Assembly: GCA_017881985.1 (NCBI GenBank)
Contig: JADGQH010000001.1
Coordinates: forward strand, 1-40,876
DNA length: 40,876 nt
Source of the DNA: Chloroflexota bacterium
Lineage (GTDB): Bacteria; Chloroflexota; Limnocylindria; Limnocylindrales; CSP1-4
Direction: 5' to 3'
The position numbers and the translations under genes are program-made. Shown here piece by piece: positions 31,753 to 40,876 of the stretch (position 1 is its first letter; each line of letters starts with the position of its first letter). Below the pieces are notes generated by a model that saw only the letters and a list, made by a program, of their open reading frames with translations, searched no databases and was not told the origin of the DNA.

Positions 31753-33024
31753 ATGGTGACCACGACACGCACCCTGCCCGACGTTGCCGAGGCTGTCCCG
31801 GAGCCCCTGGCCCGCAACCGCGACTTCAAGGTCGTCCTCGTCGGCCAGGGCGTCAGCTCGTTCGGCGACGCGATCACCAACACGGCGCTCCCGCTGCTCG
31901 TGCTCGCGCTGACCGGCTCGGGGTTCGCGATGGGGGTCGTCGGGGCGCTCTCGACCCTGCCGGATCTCCTGATCGGGCTCCCGGCCGGTGCGTACGCGGA
32001 TCGCTGGGACCGACGCCGGATGATGTTCGTCGCGGACCTGGGCCGGGCCGTCATCACCGCCGCGGTGCCGCTCACGTTCTGGCTGGGCGGTCCGACGATG
32101 GCGGTCATCCTGCTCATCACATTCCCGCTCAACGCCCTTCGCGTCCTGTGGCTCGCGGCCTACACGGCTGCCGTCCCGGGCCTCGTGGGACGGCCCCAGA
32201 TCGCACGGGCCAACGCGATTTTCGAATCGTTCTTCACCGTGGGCTGGATCGCGGGACCGGCCCTCGCGGGCATCTTCTCGGCGGCCATCGGGCCGGCCTC
32301 GACGATCGCGATCGACGCGATCACGTTCGTGATCTCCTCGGCGGCGCTGCTCCTGGTCCACCGTCCACTGCGCCCGGCCCCCCGCGCCGAGCAGCCGCAC
32401 CTCGTGACGGACATCCGGGAAGGGGTGCGCTACGTGGCGGGCCACGCGACGCTGCGCGCCGTGATCCTCTTCTGGGCCACCTCGCAGGTCGTCACCGCGG
32501 CCCTTGCGACGGCACTCACCTACTACATCACCCGCGACCGGGGCTTCGCGGCCGACGTGCTCGGCATCGTCCTCTCCGCGTTCGGGGTGGGGTCGCTGGT
32601 CGGCTCGCTCGCTGCCGGCCGGCGACCCCCGGAGGCGGTCGGCCGCGCCCTGCTGATCGGGACCGTCGTGACGGGCGTCATCCTCTTCGCGTTCACGATC
32701 GGCGCACCGATCGAGGTGATGGTCGTCGGCGCGCTCGTGGCCGGCATCACGCAGTCGGTCGTCCTGATCGGATACATCACCCTGCGGACGGCGCTCTCGC
32801 CCGACGCGATGCTGGGCCGGATCGGCAGCACGGCACGGACCATCTCCGTCGGCCTGATGCCGATCGGATCGTTCGCCGGCGGCGCGCTGATCGACCTCAC
32901 CAACGGCGGCGTCACACTGGCCGTGATGGGCGCCCTGTTGCTCCTCGCCAGCGGCGCGTTCGCGCTCGTTCCGAACCTGCGCCGGGCGCGCGTCCCCCGG
33001 CCCGGGAAGCGGTACCCGGTATGA
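31753..33024 (+). CDS. MFS transporter (MFS_3/EntS-like subfamily)
   Basis: 423 aa. NRDFKVVLVGQGVSSFGDAITNTALPLLVLALTGS and GAYADRWDRRRMM are typical of this subfamily, with about 12 TM helices. Confidence 0.85.
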   Translation: MVTTTRTLPDVAEAVPEPLARNRDFKVVLVGQGVSSFGDAITNTALPLLVLALTGSGFAMGVVGALSTLPDLLIGLPAGAYADRWDRRRMMFVADLGRAVITAAVPLTFWLGGPTMAVILLITFPLNALRVLWLAAYTAAVPGLVGRPQIARANAIFESFFTVGWIAGPALAGIFSAAIGPASTIAIDAITFVISSAALLLVHRPLRPAPRAEQPHLVTDIREGVRYVAGHATLRAVILFWATSQVVTAALATALTYYITRDRGFAADVLGIVLSAFGVGSLVGSLAAGRRPPEAVGRALLIGTVVTGVILFAFTIGAPIEVMVVGALVAGITQSVVLIGYITLRTALSPDAMLGRIGSTARTISVGLMPIGSFAGGALIDLTNGGVTLAVMGALLLLASGAFALVPNLRRARVPRPGKRYPV

Positions 33025-34280
33025 GCGACGAACGGGACGTCGTGTCGGGAACGCCGGGCCGGCGGCGAGCGGCGCTGGCCGCGCGGTGGGGTCTCGACCC
33101 GGAGGTGGTCTTCCTCAATCACGGGTCCTTCGGGGCCTGTCCACGTGGCGTGCTCGATGCCCAGCAGGCCCTCCGCGCGGAGATGGAGGCGAACCCGGTG
33201 GCCTTCCTCGCCCGCCGGCTCGAGGACCGGCTCGCCGCGGCTCGGGCCGCCGTCGGCGCGTTCGTCGGGGCTGATCCGGACGACCTCGCCTTCGTGCCGA
33301 ACGCGACCGCCGGGATCGCGACCGTCCTCGGCTCGTTCGGGATCGGCCCGGGCGACGAGCTTCTCGCCACCGACCACGAGTACAACGCGGCGCTCAATGC
33401 GCTGCGGGTCGGCGCCGCCGACGCCGGCGCCCGGGTCGTGCTGGCGCGGATCCCGCTTCCCGTGGACGGCCCGGACGACGTGGTGGAGCGCGTCCTCGCG
33501 GCGGTGACCCCGCGGACGCGGCTGGCGCTGCTCAGCCACGTGACGAGCCCGACCGCGCTCGTCTTCCCGGTGGAGCGGCTCGTGCCGCTCCTGGAGGCCC
33601 GCGGCGTGGCGGTGCTCGTGGATGGAGCGCATGCGCCCGGCATGATCCCGCTCCAGGTCGGGTCGCTCGGCGCGAGCTGGTACGTGGGGAACCTCCACAA
33701 GTGGTGCTGCGCCCCGAAGGGCGCCGCGTTCCTCCACGTCCGGCGGGATCGGCAGGCCGCTGCCCGCCCGCTCGCGGTGAGCCATGCCGCCAACGACCCG
33801 CGGCCCGCGCCGTCGCCGTTCGTGCGGGCATTCGACTGGACCGGCACCCTCGACCCGACGGCGTACCTTGCCGCGCCGATCGCCATCGCCGAGGTCTCGG
33901 CGATGCTCGAGGGCGGGTGGCCGGCCGTGATGGCGAGGAACCGCGCCCTCGCCCTGGGCGCGCGGGAGATCCTCCTCGGTGCGCTCGGCGGGACGGCGAT
34001 CGCACCGGCGTCGATGCTGGGCGCGATGGCGGCCGTGGAGCTGCCCGCCGCCTTCGGCCCGCCGCCCGTCTCGCCTGTCGACGAGGATCCGCTCCAGGCA
34101 GCGCTGCGGGAGCGGGCCGGCATCGAGGTCCCGCTTGTCGCATGGCCCCGCGACCCCGGGCCCGGCGAGCGACGGTGGCGCCTCGTCCGCATCTCCGCCC
34201 ATCTCCACAACGAGCTCCCCGACTACGTCGCGCTCGCGGATGCCCTCCGGGGACTCCTCGGGCAGGCGACCAACCGGTAA
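33021..34280 (+). CDS. Class V PLP-dependent aminotransferase-fold enzyme (isopenicillin-N-epimerase/cysteine-desulfurase-like)
   Basis: 419 aa. VFLNHGSFGACP, LLSHVTSPTALVFP, VDGAHAPG and GNLHKWCCAPKG (PLP Lys). Its ATG overlaps the MFS stop in an ATGA at 33021-33024. Only the last 419 codons of the 1188-aa track ORF are credible. Confidence 0.85.
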   Translation: MSDERDVVSGTPGRRRAALAARWGLDPEVVFLNHGSFGACPRGVLDAQQALRAEMEANPVAFLARRLEDRLAAARAAVGAFVGADPDDLAFVPNATAGIATVLGSFGIGPGDELLATDHEYNAALNALRVGAADAGARVVLARIPLPVDGPDDVVERVLAAVTPRTRLALLSHVTSPTALVFPVERLVPLLEARGVAVLVDGAHAPGMIPLQVGSLGASWYVGNLHKWCCAPKGAAFLHVRRDRQAAARPLAVSHAANDPRPAPSPFVRAFDWTGTLDPTAYLAAPIAIAEVSAMLEGGWPAVMARNRALALGAREILLGALGGTAIAPASMLGAMAAVELPAAFGPPPVSPVDEDPLQAALRERAGIEVPLVAWPRDPGPGERRWRLVRISAHLHNELPDYVALADALRGLLGQATNR

Positions 34281-34294
34281 GCGGCGGCGAACCG

Positions 34295-36910
34295 TCAGTC
34301 GGACCGAACGTCCAGGGACCCCGGACCGCGTCGAACCGCGCGCACGAGCATCCCTTCGGCGCGTCGCACCAGGCCCGTGCGCCGCAGACCATGGACCGCC
34401 ACGGTCCACGCCGTGCCGATGCCGAGCAGGACCAGGATCTCGCGCGGCCCGAGGGTCGTGAGCTCATAGAAGTCCCGTGCGATCGGGAGCGCGAGGATGA
34501 CGAGGTAGACGATGAGCATGATTCCGGCGAGGAGCCAGGGCCACCAGCGCACCAGGCGTCCCGGCGACTCCTCGCGCGCTCCCGAGGAGATCAGGGGCAG
34601 CAGCCCCAGGCCGCAGAAGACCGTGACCGACGTGAGCACGGTCTGGGCCTCGACCAGGGAGACGCCCGTTCCGAGCACGTACGCGTACGTGGGGAGGGCC
34701 ACGAGCACCACCGCGAACGAGACCGGGATCGAGACTCGCAGCGTCTCCGCGAGGAGGCTGCGCGGGAGCCGCCGCGGCGGAACCCAGATCGCCAGCACGA
34801 TCAGCGGGATGCCGACGGTCGCGAACGCGAGAACGGAGTTTTGACGCGGCGTCAGCGGGAAGGGGAGCCCTGCCATCGCGGCGCCGGCGATGATGAGGAG
34901 CACGTAGAACGTGCGTGACAGGAGGAGGACGAGGGTGGCCTCCATCGCCGCCACGATTCGCTGGCCCTCGATCACGGCCCGCGGCAGCACGTCGAAGCGG
35001 TCCCCGAGCAGGACGAGGTCGGCCACGCCGCGTGCCGCGGCCGAGCCCGACTCCATCGCGATCCCGAGATTGGCCCGGCGCAGCGAGAGGATGTCGTTGA
35101 CGCCGTCACCGACCATCGCGACGTAGTGCCCGCGGCTCCGCAGGAGCGCGACGAGGCGTGCCTTGAGGGCAGGCTCGACGCGCCCGAAGATCGAGCGCCG
35201 CTCGACCTCGTCGGCGGCCTGGGCGTCGCCGAGCGCGGCCAGGGCGGGCCCGGATGTCGCCTCGTCGGCGACGTCGAGACCCACCCGTCGAGCGAGCGCC
35301 TCCACGGTCGCGGGGTCGTCGCCGGAGATGACCTTGAGCTCGATCCCGGCCCGTGCGAACCCGGCCAGGATCTCGCGGACATCGGGGCGCAGCTCCTCGC
35401 CGAAGCGCAGGAGCGCGACGGGAGCCAGGTTGGCCGGGAGCGCGGGCCGACCCTCGGCGTCGCGGAGCGCCGCGGCGGCAGGAGCCCGGGCGAGGAGCAG
35501 GACTCGCACGCCCTCGGCGGCGACGGCGGCCGCTCGCGTGGCCACATCCGGTGGGTCCGCGGAGACAGTCCCGGAGGCACCGGGAGCCCCGACGGCACCG
35601 GGAGCCCCGCCGTCGGGCGTCTCTCGGCCCTCCCCGGCGGATCCCGCTGGGCGCGGGAGGAGGACCGTCGGCGCGCCGATCAGCCAGGCCTCCCCATCCG
35701 CGAAGCGCAGGCCGGACCAGCGCCGCTCGGACGCGAACGGGATCTCGTCCGCCACCGGCCGCGCGAGCCCTGGACATGCTGTTGCGATCGCCTCGGTTGT
35801 GCGGTTCGTTGCGGTCGTGCTCGCGGCCAGCGAACCGAGAGCGGCGGCGACCTCTCCCGGGTCGTGGTCGCCCAGCACGTCGGCGCCCGCATACCAGATC
35901 CGTTGGGTCGTGAGCGTGCCGGTCTTGTCCATGCAGAGCGTGTCCACGCGGGCCATGGATTCGACCGCGTTCTGGCGCTGCACGAGAGCGCCGAGGTGGC
36001 TGATCCGGAGCGCCCCGGTCGCGTACGTGACGGTCACCATGATCGCGAGGCCCTGCGGGACGAGCGTCACGAGGACCGCCGCCGCCGTCAGCGTCTGGGT
36101 CGAGCCGAACCCGCCCGGCAGCGCGGCGAGCGCGATCGCGACCGGGACGACCGCGAGGAGGACGAGCGCGGCGACCGCCCAGATCGTGGCGGCGATCTCG
36201 CGCTGAAGGGGCGTTCGCTCGTCGCCCACCCGCTTGGCCTCGGCGAGCAGCCGGTTGGCGAAGCTTGCCGCGCCCACCGATGTGACCTCGAAGACGGCCG
36301 TGCCCGAGATGACCGCCGTCCCCGACAGGACCGGGTCGCCGGCTTCCTTCGAGACCGCGTCCGACTCCCCCGTGAGGAGGGATTCGTCGAGCTCGACGCG
36401 TCCGTCGCCGACGAGCGTGCCGTCGAGGACCACCTGGTCGCCGCGACGGGCGACGAGGAGGTCGCCCAGGACGACGTCCGCAGGACCGATGCCGCGCTCT
36501 TCCGAGTCGCGGATGACGCGTGCCTGCGGGCGCGACAGCAGCGCGATCCGGTCGAGCTTTCGCTTCGCGCGCGACTCCCCGGCGACGCCGATCCCGATGT
36601 TGGCGAGCACCGGGCCGGCGGTCAGCAGCGACTCCACGACCATGCCGAACGCGAGCAGGAGAACCGAGACGACGACGAGGATTCCGTTGATCCCCGGGTA
36701 GGCGTTCTGGCGCAGGATCTCCCAGTAGGTCCGCGAGGTGGACGCGCGGTAGGCGTTTCCCTCGCCGCGTGCCCGGCGTGCCTCCGCCTCCGCCTCCGAC
36801 AGCCCGCCTGCGGCCGTGCGCAGCGGCCGGACGACGGACGGGTGGGGCGGCAGCATGGGAGGCCGGTTGCCCGCGGCCGGGGTCGGCGGGTCGGCGGGCG
36901 CAGCGGTCAT
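34295..36910 (-). CDS. Cation-translocating P-type ATPase (P2-like, HAD-IC family)
   Basis: Motifs: GLSEAEAEARRARGEGN (cation ATPase N-domain), LLTGESDAVSK (TGES), CMDKTGTLT (phosphorylation site) and MVGDGVNDILSLRRANLGIAM, with about 10 TM helices. The start is ambiguous. ATGs at 36922, 36910 and 36856 are all in frame, and none has a clear SD. Confidence 0.9.
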   Translation of the reverse strand: MTAAPADPPTPAAGNRPPMLPPHPSVVRPLRTAAGGLSEAEAEARRARGEGNAYRASTSRTYWEILRQNAYPGINGILVVVSVLLLAFGMVVESLLTAGPVLANIGIGVAGESRAKRKLDRIALLSRPQARVIRDSEERGIGPADVVLGDLLVARRGDQVVLDGTLVGDGRVELDESLLTGESDAVSKEAGDPVLSGTAVISGTAVFEVTSVGAASFANRLLAEAKRVGDERTPLQREIAATIWAVAALVLLAVVPVAIALAALPGGFGSTQTLTAAAVLVTLVPQGLAIMVTVTYATGALRISHLGALVQRQNAVESMARVDTLCMDKTGTLTTQRIWYAGADVLGDHDPGEVAAALGSLAASTTATNRTTEAIATACPGLARPVADEIPFASERRWSGLRFADGEAWLIGAPTVLLPRPAGSAGEGRETPDGGAPGAVGAPGASGTVSADPPDVATRAAAVAAEGVRVLLLARAPAAAALRDAEGRPALPANLAPVALLRFGEELRPDVREILAGFARAGIELKVISGDDPATVEALARRVGLDVADEATSGPALAALGDAQAADEVERRSIFGRVEPALKARLVALLRSRGHYVAMVGDGVNDILSLRRANLGIAMESGSAAARGVADLVLLGDRFDVLPRAVIEGQRIVAAMEATLVLLLSRTFYVLLIIAGAAMAGLPFPLTPRQNSVLAFATVGIPLIVLAIWVPPRRLPRSLLAETLRVSIPVSFAVVLVALPTYAYVLGTGVSLVEAQTVLTSVTVFCGLGLLPLISSGAREESPGRLVRWWPWLLAGIMLIVYLVILALPIARDFYELTTLGPREILVLLGIGTAWTVAVHGLRRTGLVRRAEGMLVRAVRRGPGSLDVRSD

Positions 36911-36920
36911 CGCGGGGATC

Positions 36921-37898
36921 ATGCCGGATCGTGGCGCTCGTGTACCGTTCCGCCGTGTGGACGCGATCGCGACGCACGGCCTCACGAAGCACTATGGGCC
37001 CGCCCGCCGCTTTGGCAGCCGGTCCGTCGGAACCGCGCCGATCCGGGCCCTCGACGACCTGACTCTCGCGGTCACGGCAGGCGAGGTGTTCGGCTTCCTG
37101 GGTCCGAACGGCGCCGGCAAAAGCACCGCCATCCGCCTCCTCCTCGGGTTCATCCACCCGACGGCGGGCAGCGCCGAGGTCCTGGGCCTCGACGTGGCCA
37201 CGGCCGGCGCCGGGCTCCGGGGCCGGATCGGCTACCTGCCGGGCGGAATCGCCCTCTACGACGGCCTCACGGGGACGCAGCTGCTCGACTACCTGGCCGC
37301 CTATTACGCCCGTCCCCCGGTCCTCCGCGGAGGCCTGGTCGAACAGCTCGGACTGTCCGCGCGCGACCTCGGGCGGCCGATCCGGGATTACTCCCGCGGG
37401 ATGCGCCAGAAGATCGGGATCGTCCAGGCGCTCCAGCACGACCCGGAGCTTGCCATCCTCGACGAGCCGTCCGAGGGCCTCGATCCCCTCATGCAGCGGG
37501 CCTTCTACGCGATCCTCGACGAACGGAAGGCGGCCGGCCGGACGGTCTTCTTCAGCTCGCACGTGCTCTCGGAGGTGGAGCGGGTGTGTGACCGGGTGGG
37601 GATCGTGCGGTCGGGACGCCTCGTCGCGCTTGAGCGCGTAGGTGAGCTCGTCGCGCGCCGCCGGCGCCGCGTCGAGGTTCGGCTGGGCGGCCCGGCACCG
37701 GGGCTCGCGTCCGCGATCGCGGCGCTGCCGGGCGTGTCGGCCTTCGAGGCACGAGACGACCGGCTCGCGTTCGGGCTCGACGGCGACGTGACGCAGCTGC
37801 TACGCGTGCTCGAGGGCGCGGCGCTGACCGATCTCACGATCGAGCCGGCCCGCCTCGAGGATGCATTCCTCGAGCTCTACGACGAGCCCGCCCCATGA
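36921..37898 (+). CDS. ABC transporter ATP-binding protein (ABC-2 exporter type)
   Basis: Motifs: GFLGPNGAGKST (Walker A), YSRGMRQKIGIVQAL (signature) and LAILDEPSEGLD (Walker B). An alternative start is the GTG at 36957. Its stop overlaps the permease ATG in an ATGA at 37895-37898. Confidence 0.85.
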   Translation: MPDRGARVPFRRVDAIATHGLTKHYGPARRFGSRSVGTAPIRALDDLTLAVTAGEVFGFLGPNGAGKSTAIRLLLGFIHPTAGSAEVLGLDVATAGAGLRGRIGYLPGGIALYDGLTGTQLLDYLAAYYARPPVLRGGLVEQLGLSARDLGRPIRDYSRGMRQKIGIVQALQHDPELAILDEPSEGLDPLMQRAFYAILDERKAAGRTVFFSSHVLSEVERVCDRVGIVRSGRLVALERVGELVARRRRRVEVRLGGPAPGLASAIAALPGVSAFEARDDRLAFGLDGDVTQLLRVLEGAALTDLTIEPARLEDAFLELYDEPAP

Positions 37899-38707
37899 GC
37901 GCCATCCTCTTCCGGCGGACCTGGGCAGCCCAGCGCGTCCGTCTCTCGTTCGTGATGCTCGGCCTCGTCGTCTGGGGATTCCTGCTCCCCGTGGTCTTCG
38001 CCACCTTCGGGAAGGAGATGGGGGCGCTCGCCCGGAGCGGCACGTTCGCCAACGTGTTCGACGTCATGTCGCGCTTCACCGGCGGCGACGTGTTCAGCAT
38101 CCGCGGCACGGTCGCCCTCGGGCTCGTCCATCCGATCGCGCTGGCGCTCGTGACGATCCAGGTCGTCGGGTTCGCGGCGGCCGCGGTCGCGGGCGAACGC
38201 CAGCGGGGCACCCTGGAGGTGCTCCTCGCCCGACCCCTGGAGCGCCGTGTCCTCCACTTGACGCTGCTGGCCGCGATGCTGCTCTTCGCCGCCCTCACCG
38301 AGGCCGCCGTCCTCGGGGGCATCGTGGCCGGCGCGCTCCTGTTCGGCGTCGCGGGCGATCTGCAGGCTGCCGACATCGCGCTCTGCTGGCTGAACGGGTT
38401 CGCGCTGTTCGGTGCCCTCGGGGCCATCTCGCTGGCCGCCTCGGTCAGCTTCGACCGCGTCGGTCCCGCCCTGGGGATCGCGCTGGGCGTCACGCTCGTC
38501 GGCTACGCGGTCGAGTTCCTGGGCACGCTCTGGCCCGACGCGGCATGGCTCCGGCCGTTCTCGCCGTTCCGCTACTTCCAGCCGACCCGAATCCTCGCGG
38601 GCACCTTTGAGCCCGCCGACCTGCTGGTCCTCGGCGCGATCTTCGCCGCCGCCGTCGCGTGGGCCGCCTGGGTCTTCCCCCGACGGGACCTCGCGGCTCC
38701 GAGCTGA
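37895..38707 (+). CDS. ABC-2 type transporter permease
   Basis: 270 aa with about 6 TM helices and GERQRGTLEVLLARPL, typical of ABC-2 permeases. It is translationally coupled to the ATPase gene. Confidence 0.75.
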   Translation: MSAILFRRTWAAQRVRLSFVMLGLVVWGFLLPVVFATFGKEMGALARSGTFANVFDVMSRFTGGDVFSIRGTVALGLVHPIALALVTIQVVGFAAAAVAGERQRGTLEVLLARPLERRVLHLTLLAAMLLFAALTEAAVLGGIVAGALLFGVAGDLQAADIALCWLNGFALFGALGAISLAASVSFDRVGPALGIALGVTLVGYAVEFLGTLWPDAAWLRPFSPFRYFQPTRILAGTFEPADLLVLGAIFAAAVAWAAWVFPRRDLAAPS

Positions 38708-38712
38708 GTGGG

Positions 38713-39672
38713 CTAGGGCGTTGCCGCGGGCACGCCCGAGGGCGTCGCCGTCGGCGCGGTCGAGGCGGTCGGGAAGGGGCTGGCGCCGGGCGACGGGCTG
38801 ACGGAGGGTGCCGGCGTCGCGGCCGCCGTGATGGCATCCCGGATCGCCGTCCAGCCCGAGCTGAAGCCGGCCAGGGTCTTCGTTCCCCCGGGGCCGCTGA
38901 CGCGCATCGTCGGCGTGGATTCGATGCCGAGGGCCCTGCCGGCCGCGGTCTCGTCGGCGACCGCCCTGGCGACCGCCGGGTCGTCGAGGCAGGCTGTGAA
39001 TGCCGTCGCGTCGAGGGCCGCCAGCCCCGCGAGGGTGACCAGGTTCTCCCGCTTGAACGTCCCCTGGTTCTCGCCCTGCTGGGAGGCGAACAGGAGGTCG
39101 TGGTAGCGCCAGTACGCGCCGGGATCCTGCTGGCCCGCACACCGCGCCGCGACCGCCGCGTCGGTGGACTCCTGTCCCAGGAACGCGAAGTCGCGGTAGA
39201 CCACGCGGGCGATGCCCGGCAGGACGAACGCACGCTCGAGCGATCCGCCGAAGACCATCGCCTCGAGGCGGCAGTAGGGGCACTGGTAGTCGGCCCAGAT
39301 CTCGACGGTGACGGGAGCTGCGGCGCTGCCCAGCGACGGCCCGATCGCGGCGTTCGGGGGAGGCGTGGGGGTCGCCGTGGGGGTGGGTGACGGCGACGGG
39401 ACCGGGCGCCCAAGGCCGCCGAACGCCGCGAGGCTTCCCGCGAGGAGGAGCGCTCCCGCGAGCGCCGCCGCGAGGTACCCGAGGAGAACCGACGGCCCCC
39501 GGCCTGTCGACGCTGTCGCCGGTCGCGTCGCGATCGGGACGACCGGCTCGGTCGGTACGGGCTCGAGCGGCGGTACGGCCTCAAGCGGCTCGGCCGGTAC
39601 GGCCTCGAGCGGCGGCTCGTCCGTGTCGGCCGTCTCGAGGACCTCGGCATCCGGCGGAAGGGATTCGGTCAT
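38713..39672 (-). CDS. DsbA-family thioredoxin-fold oxidoreductase with an N-terminal membrane anchor
   Basis: 319 aa. It has an acidic, proline-rich repeat N-terminus (PLEAVPAEPLEAVPPLEPVP) and a TM segment (VLLGYLAAALAGALLLAGSLAAF). These are followed by a Pro/Thr linker and a DsbA fold with the active site WADYQCPYC. Its 3' end is convergent with the permease gene, 5 bp apart. Confidence 0.8.
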   Translation of the reverse strand: MTESLPPDAEVLETADTDEPPLEAVPAEPLEAVPPLEPVPTEPVVPIATRPATASTGRGPSVLLGYLAAALAGALLLAGSLAAFGGLGRPVPSPSPTPTATPTPPPNAAIGPSLGSAAAPVTVEIWADYQCPYCRLEAMVFGGSLERAFVLPGIARVVYRDFAFLGQESTDAAVAARCAGQQDPGAYWRYHDLLFASQQGENQGTFKRENLVTLAGLAALDATAFTACLDDPAVARAVADETAAGRALGIESTPTMRVSGPGGTKTLAGFSSGWTAIRDAITAAATPAPSVSPSPGASPFPTASTAPTATPSGVPAATP

Positions 39673-39939
39673 ACGGGAGGAACCTCGTCAGGGCGTGCGG
39701 GAAGCGTACCCGAACGCCCAGCCGCGGACCGGCCGGGAGACATGCTGCTGCCGACGTGCGCACCGGACCCCACCGCACGACACGCACGGTGACGGTGAGC
39801 ACCGCAAGATCGTCAGAAGGGGCCACCCGACCGTCTCATTTCCGGTCCTACCGCGTGTAGAGTCGCCGCTGCGGCAAGGCGTGCCGACCGACCGCCTCGG
39901 GTATGGCGGATGCACAGGCCGTGAAACGGGAAGGATCTC

Positions 39940-40876
39940 GTGTCGCCAGAACAGCTGACCTACGTCCTCATTGCGCTCATCGTGGCGGGTCTTGCCCTCG
40001 GTTTCCTGATCGTCGTCGCCCTCATGGCTCGGAGACGCGACAGGGGCTCTTCCAGGCAGGCAGAACGGCTCTTCGCCTCGGCAAGGACCGTTCCAATCGC
40101 GCGTCCCGGGGGAACGCCGCCGGCCGCGCCGCTCGCCCCGGTCGAGGCGGACAGTGCCGAGCCCAGTCCTGCATCGGGCGTCGCGGTTGAGGGCGGATCA
40201 GACGCCTTCGACGCGCGCGACGCCGCACCGTTGGCCCGGGATCTGCGGGCCGCCGACGCCGCCAACGACGCGGGCCGGCGCTTCCCCGTCGGCGACCGCC
40301 TTCACGAGCCCGGCGCCGAGGCGGCGATCGCCGGATTCCTCGCCCTCGAGCCGGGGCGCGTCCCGAAGGAAGGCCCGACGCCCGACCCGACCATCGATCC
40401 GCTCACGGGGCTCGACACGCTGTTCGCCTGGGAGCGGACGCTGGCCGAGGAGAACTATCGCTACGTCCGGTACCGCCGGCCGGTGAGCGTCGTCGTCGCC
40501 GAGATCGACGGCCTCAGCCGCCTCGTCGATCGCTTCGGAGCCGAGCCGGCCCGCCGGGTCCTGCCGGCCGTCGGCGATGCGATGCGCCGCCTCGCGCGCC
40601 GCACCGACAAGGTCGCCCACGTGGGCGGCGGCCGCTTCCTGGTCCTGCTCCCCGAGACGGACGAGGTCGCCGCGATCAACTACGTGGAGCGCGTGCGGGT
40701 CGCCTGCGAGCGCTGGCTCGAGTCGGGCGCCGTCGCCCTCCACCTCTCGATCGGCTGGGCCAGCCCGACCGCCGTGGGTGAGCTCGACACCGCAATGCGC
40801 GCCGCCGAGGAGCGCATGTACGCCGAGCGCCGCCGCGCGTCGCGGCAGGGGAGTGCCGGCGCCGACCCGGCGCGCT
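39940..40876 (+). CDS. Membrane-anchored GGDEF-domain protein with a degenerate active site (GGGRF), 3' end outside the window
   Basis: It is absent from the ORF track because no stop occurs before the window end. GTG at 39940 with a GGGAAGGA SD 5 nt upstream. Frame 1 stays open for 312 codons. There is an N-terminal TM helix (LTYVLIALIVAGLALGFLIVVAL). GGDEF-domain landmarks are DPLTGL, VVVAEIDGL and RRTDKVAHVGGGRFLVLLPE. Confidence 0.7.
   Translation, partial: MSPEQLTYVLIALIVAGLALGFLIVVALMARRRDRGSSRQAERLFASARTVPIARPGGTPPAAPLAPVEADSAEPSPASGVAVEGGSDAFDARDAAPLARDLRAADAANDAGRRFPVGDRLHEPGAEAAIAGFLALEPGRVPKEGPTPDPTIDPLTGLDTLFAWERTLAEENYRYVRYRRPVSVVVAEIDGLSRLVDRFGAEPARRVLPAVGDAMRRLARRTDKVAHVGGGRFLVLLPETDEVAAINYVERVRVACERWLESGAVALHLSIGWASPTAVGELDTAMRAAEERMYAERRRASRQGSAGADPAR

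Noticed and set aside
30714-33020. The first ~770 codons of the 1188-aa plus-strand ORF
   Set aside because: Only the last 419 codons (from the ATG at 33021) look like a real protein, a class V aminotransferase fold. The upstream part is antisense to Sua5 and out of frame with a convincing MFS transporter.
35106-37591. 818-aa (minus) and 821-aa (plus) ORFs overlapping the P-type ATPase and ABC genes
   Set aside because: Both have Arg/Gly/Pro-rich junk composition. The alternative frames carry the diagnostic DKTGT/TGES/GDGVND and Walker A/B motifs.
39864-39939. A c-di-GMP-I (GEMM) riboswitch upstream of the degenerate GGDEF gene (GCACAGGCCGUGAAACGGG vaguely resembles GCACAGGGCAAACC)
   Set aside because: Only one short partial match exists. 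The second helix and tetraloop-receptor elements are absent, and the start codon follows immediately.
1-40876. Mobile elements, prophage, integrons or a classic defence island
   Set aside because: No transposase, integrase, recombinase, tRNA attachment site, terminal inverted repeats or phage structural genes were recognised. The composition appears uniformly high-GC except for short intergenic stretches.

Overview
High-G+C chromosomal segment, probably Actinomycetota-like, though the lineage is only inferred. It is densely packed with about 34 protein-coding genes on both strands. I found no rRNA, tRNA, CRISPR array, transposase, integrase or phage genes. Most very long ORFs in the six-frame track are stop-poor high-GC artefacts; real genes were picked by recognisable motifs, start context and translational coupling. 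Housekeeping and metabolic genes: acs, moaA, thyX, a Sua5-type threonylcarbamoyl-AMP synthase, an MscS channel, a P-type ATPase, an ABC-2 exporter, a DsbA-like oxidoreductase, two MFS transporters, a LysE exporter, a CocE/NonD hydrolase, a GNAT, and an amine-catabolism-like cluster (FAD oxidoreductase, class III aminotransferase, IclR, membrane Fe-S oxidoreductase). These are interleaved with a mazEF-like toxin-antitoxin pair and a marked concentration of second-messenger signalling genes. (1) At the window centre, a 962-aa class III cyclase-STAND NTPase-TPR protein with no DNA-binding output. (2) 1.4 kb away, a two-gene operon encoding a receiver-TrxR-like fusion with no redox CxxC plus a histidine kinase whose sensor is a cNMP-binding domain. 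(3) At the right edge, a membrane-anchored degenerate GGDEF protein (GGGRF) that keeps an RxxD I-site. Other points worth a second look: an orphan receiver-like MinD/ParA ATPase operon with a 561-aa acidic coiled-coil repeat protein; a 496-bp lower-GC structured gap with no credible ORF between convergent genes; a 40-codon ORF in frame with, and one TGA away from, an ICMT-family methyltransferase; an SD-sequestering hairpin; palindromic operator candidates; and several probable leaderless promoters. All family calls come from motif reading by eye. No database search was run.
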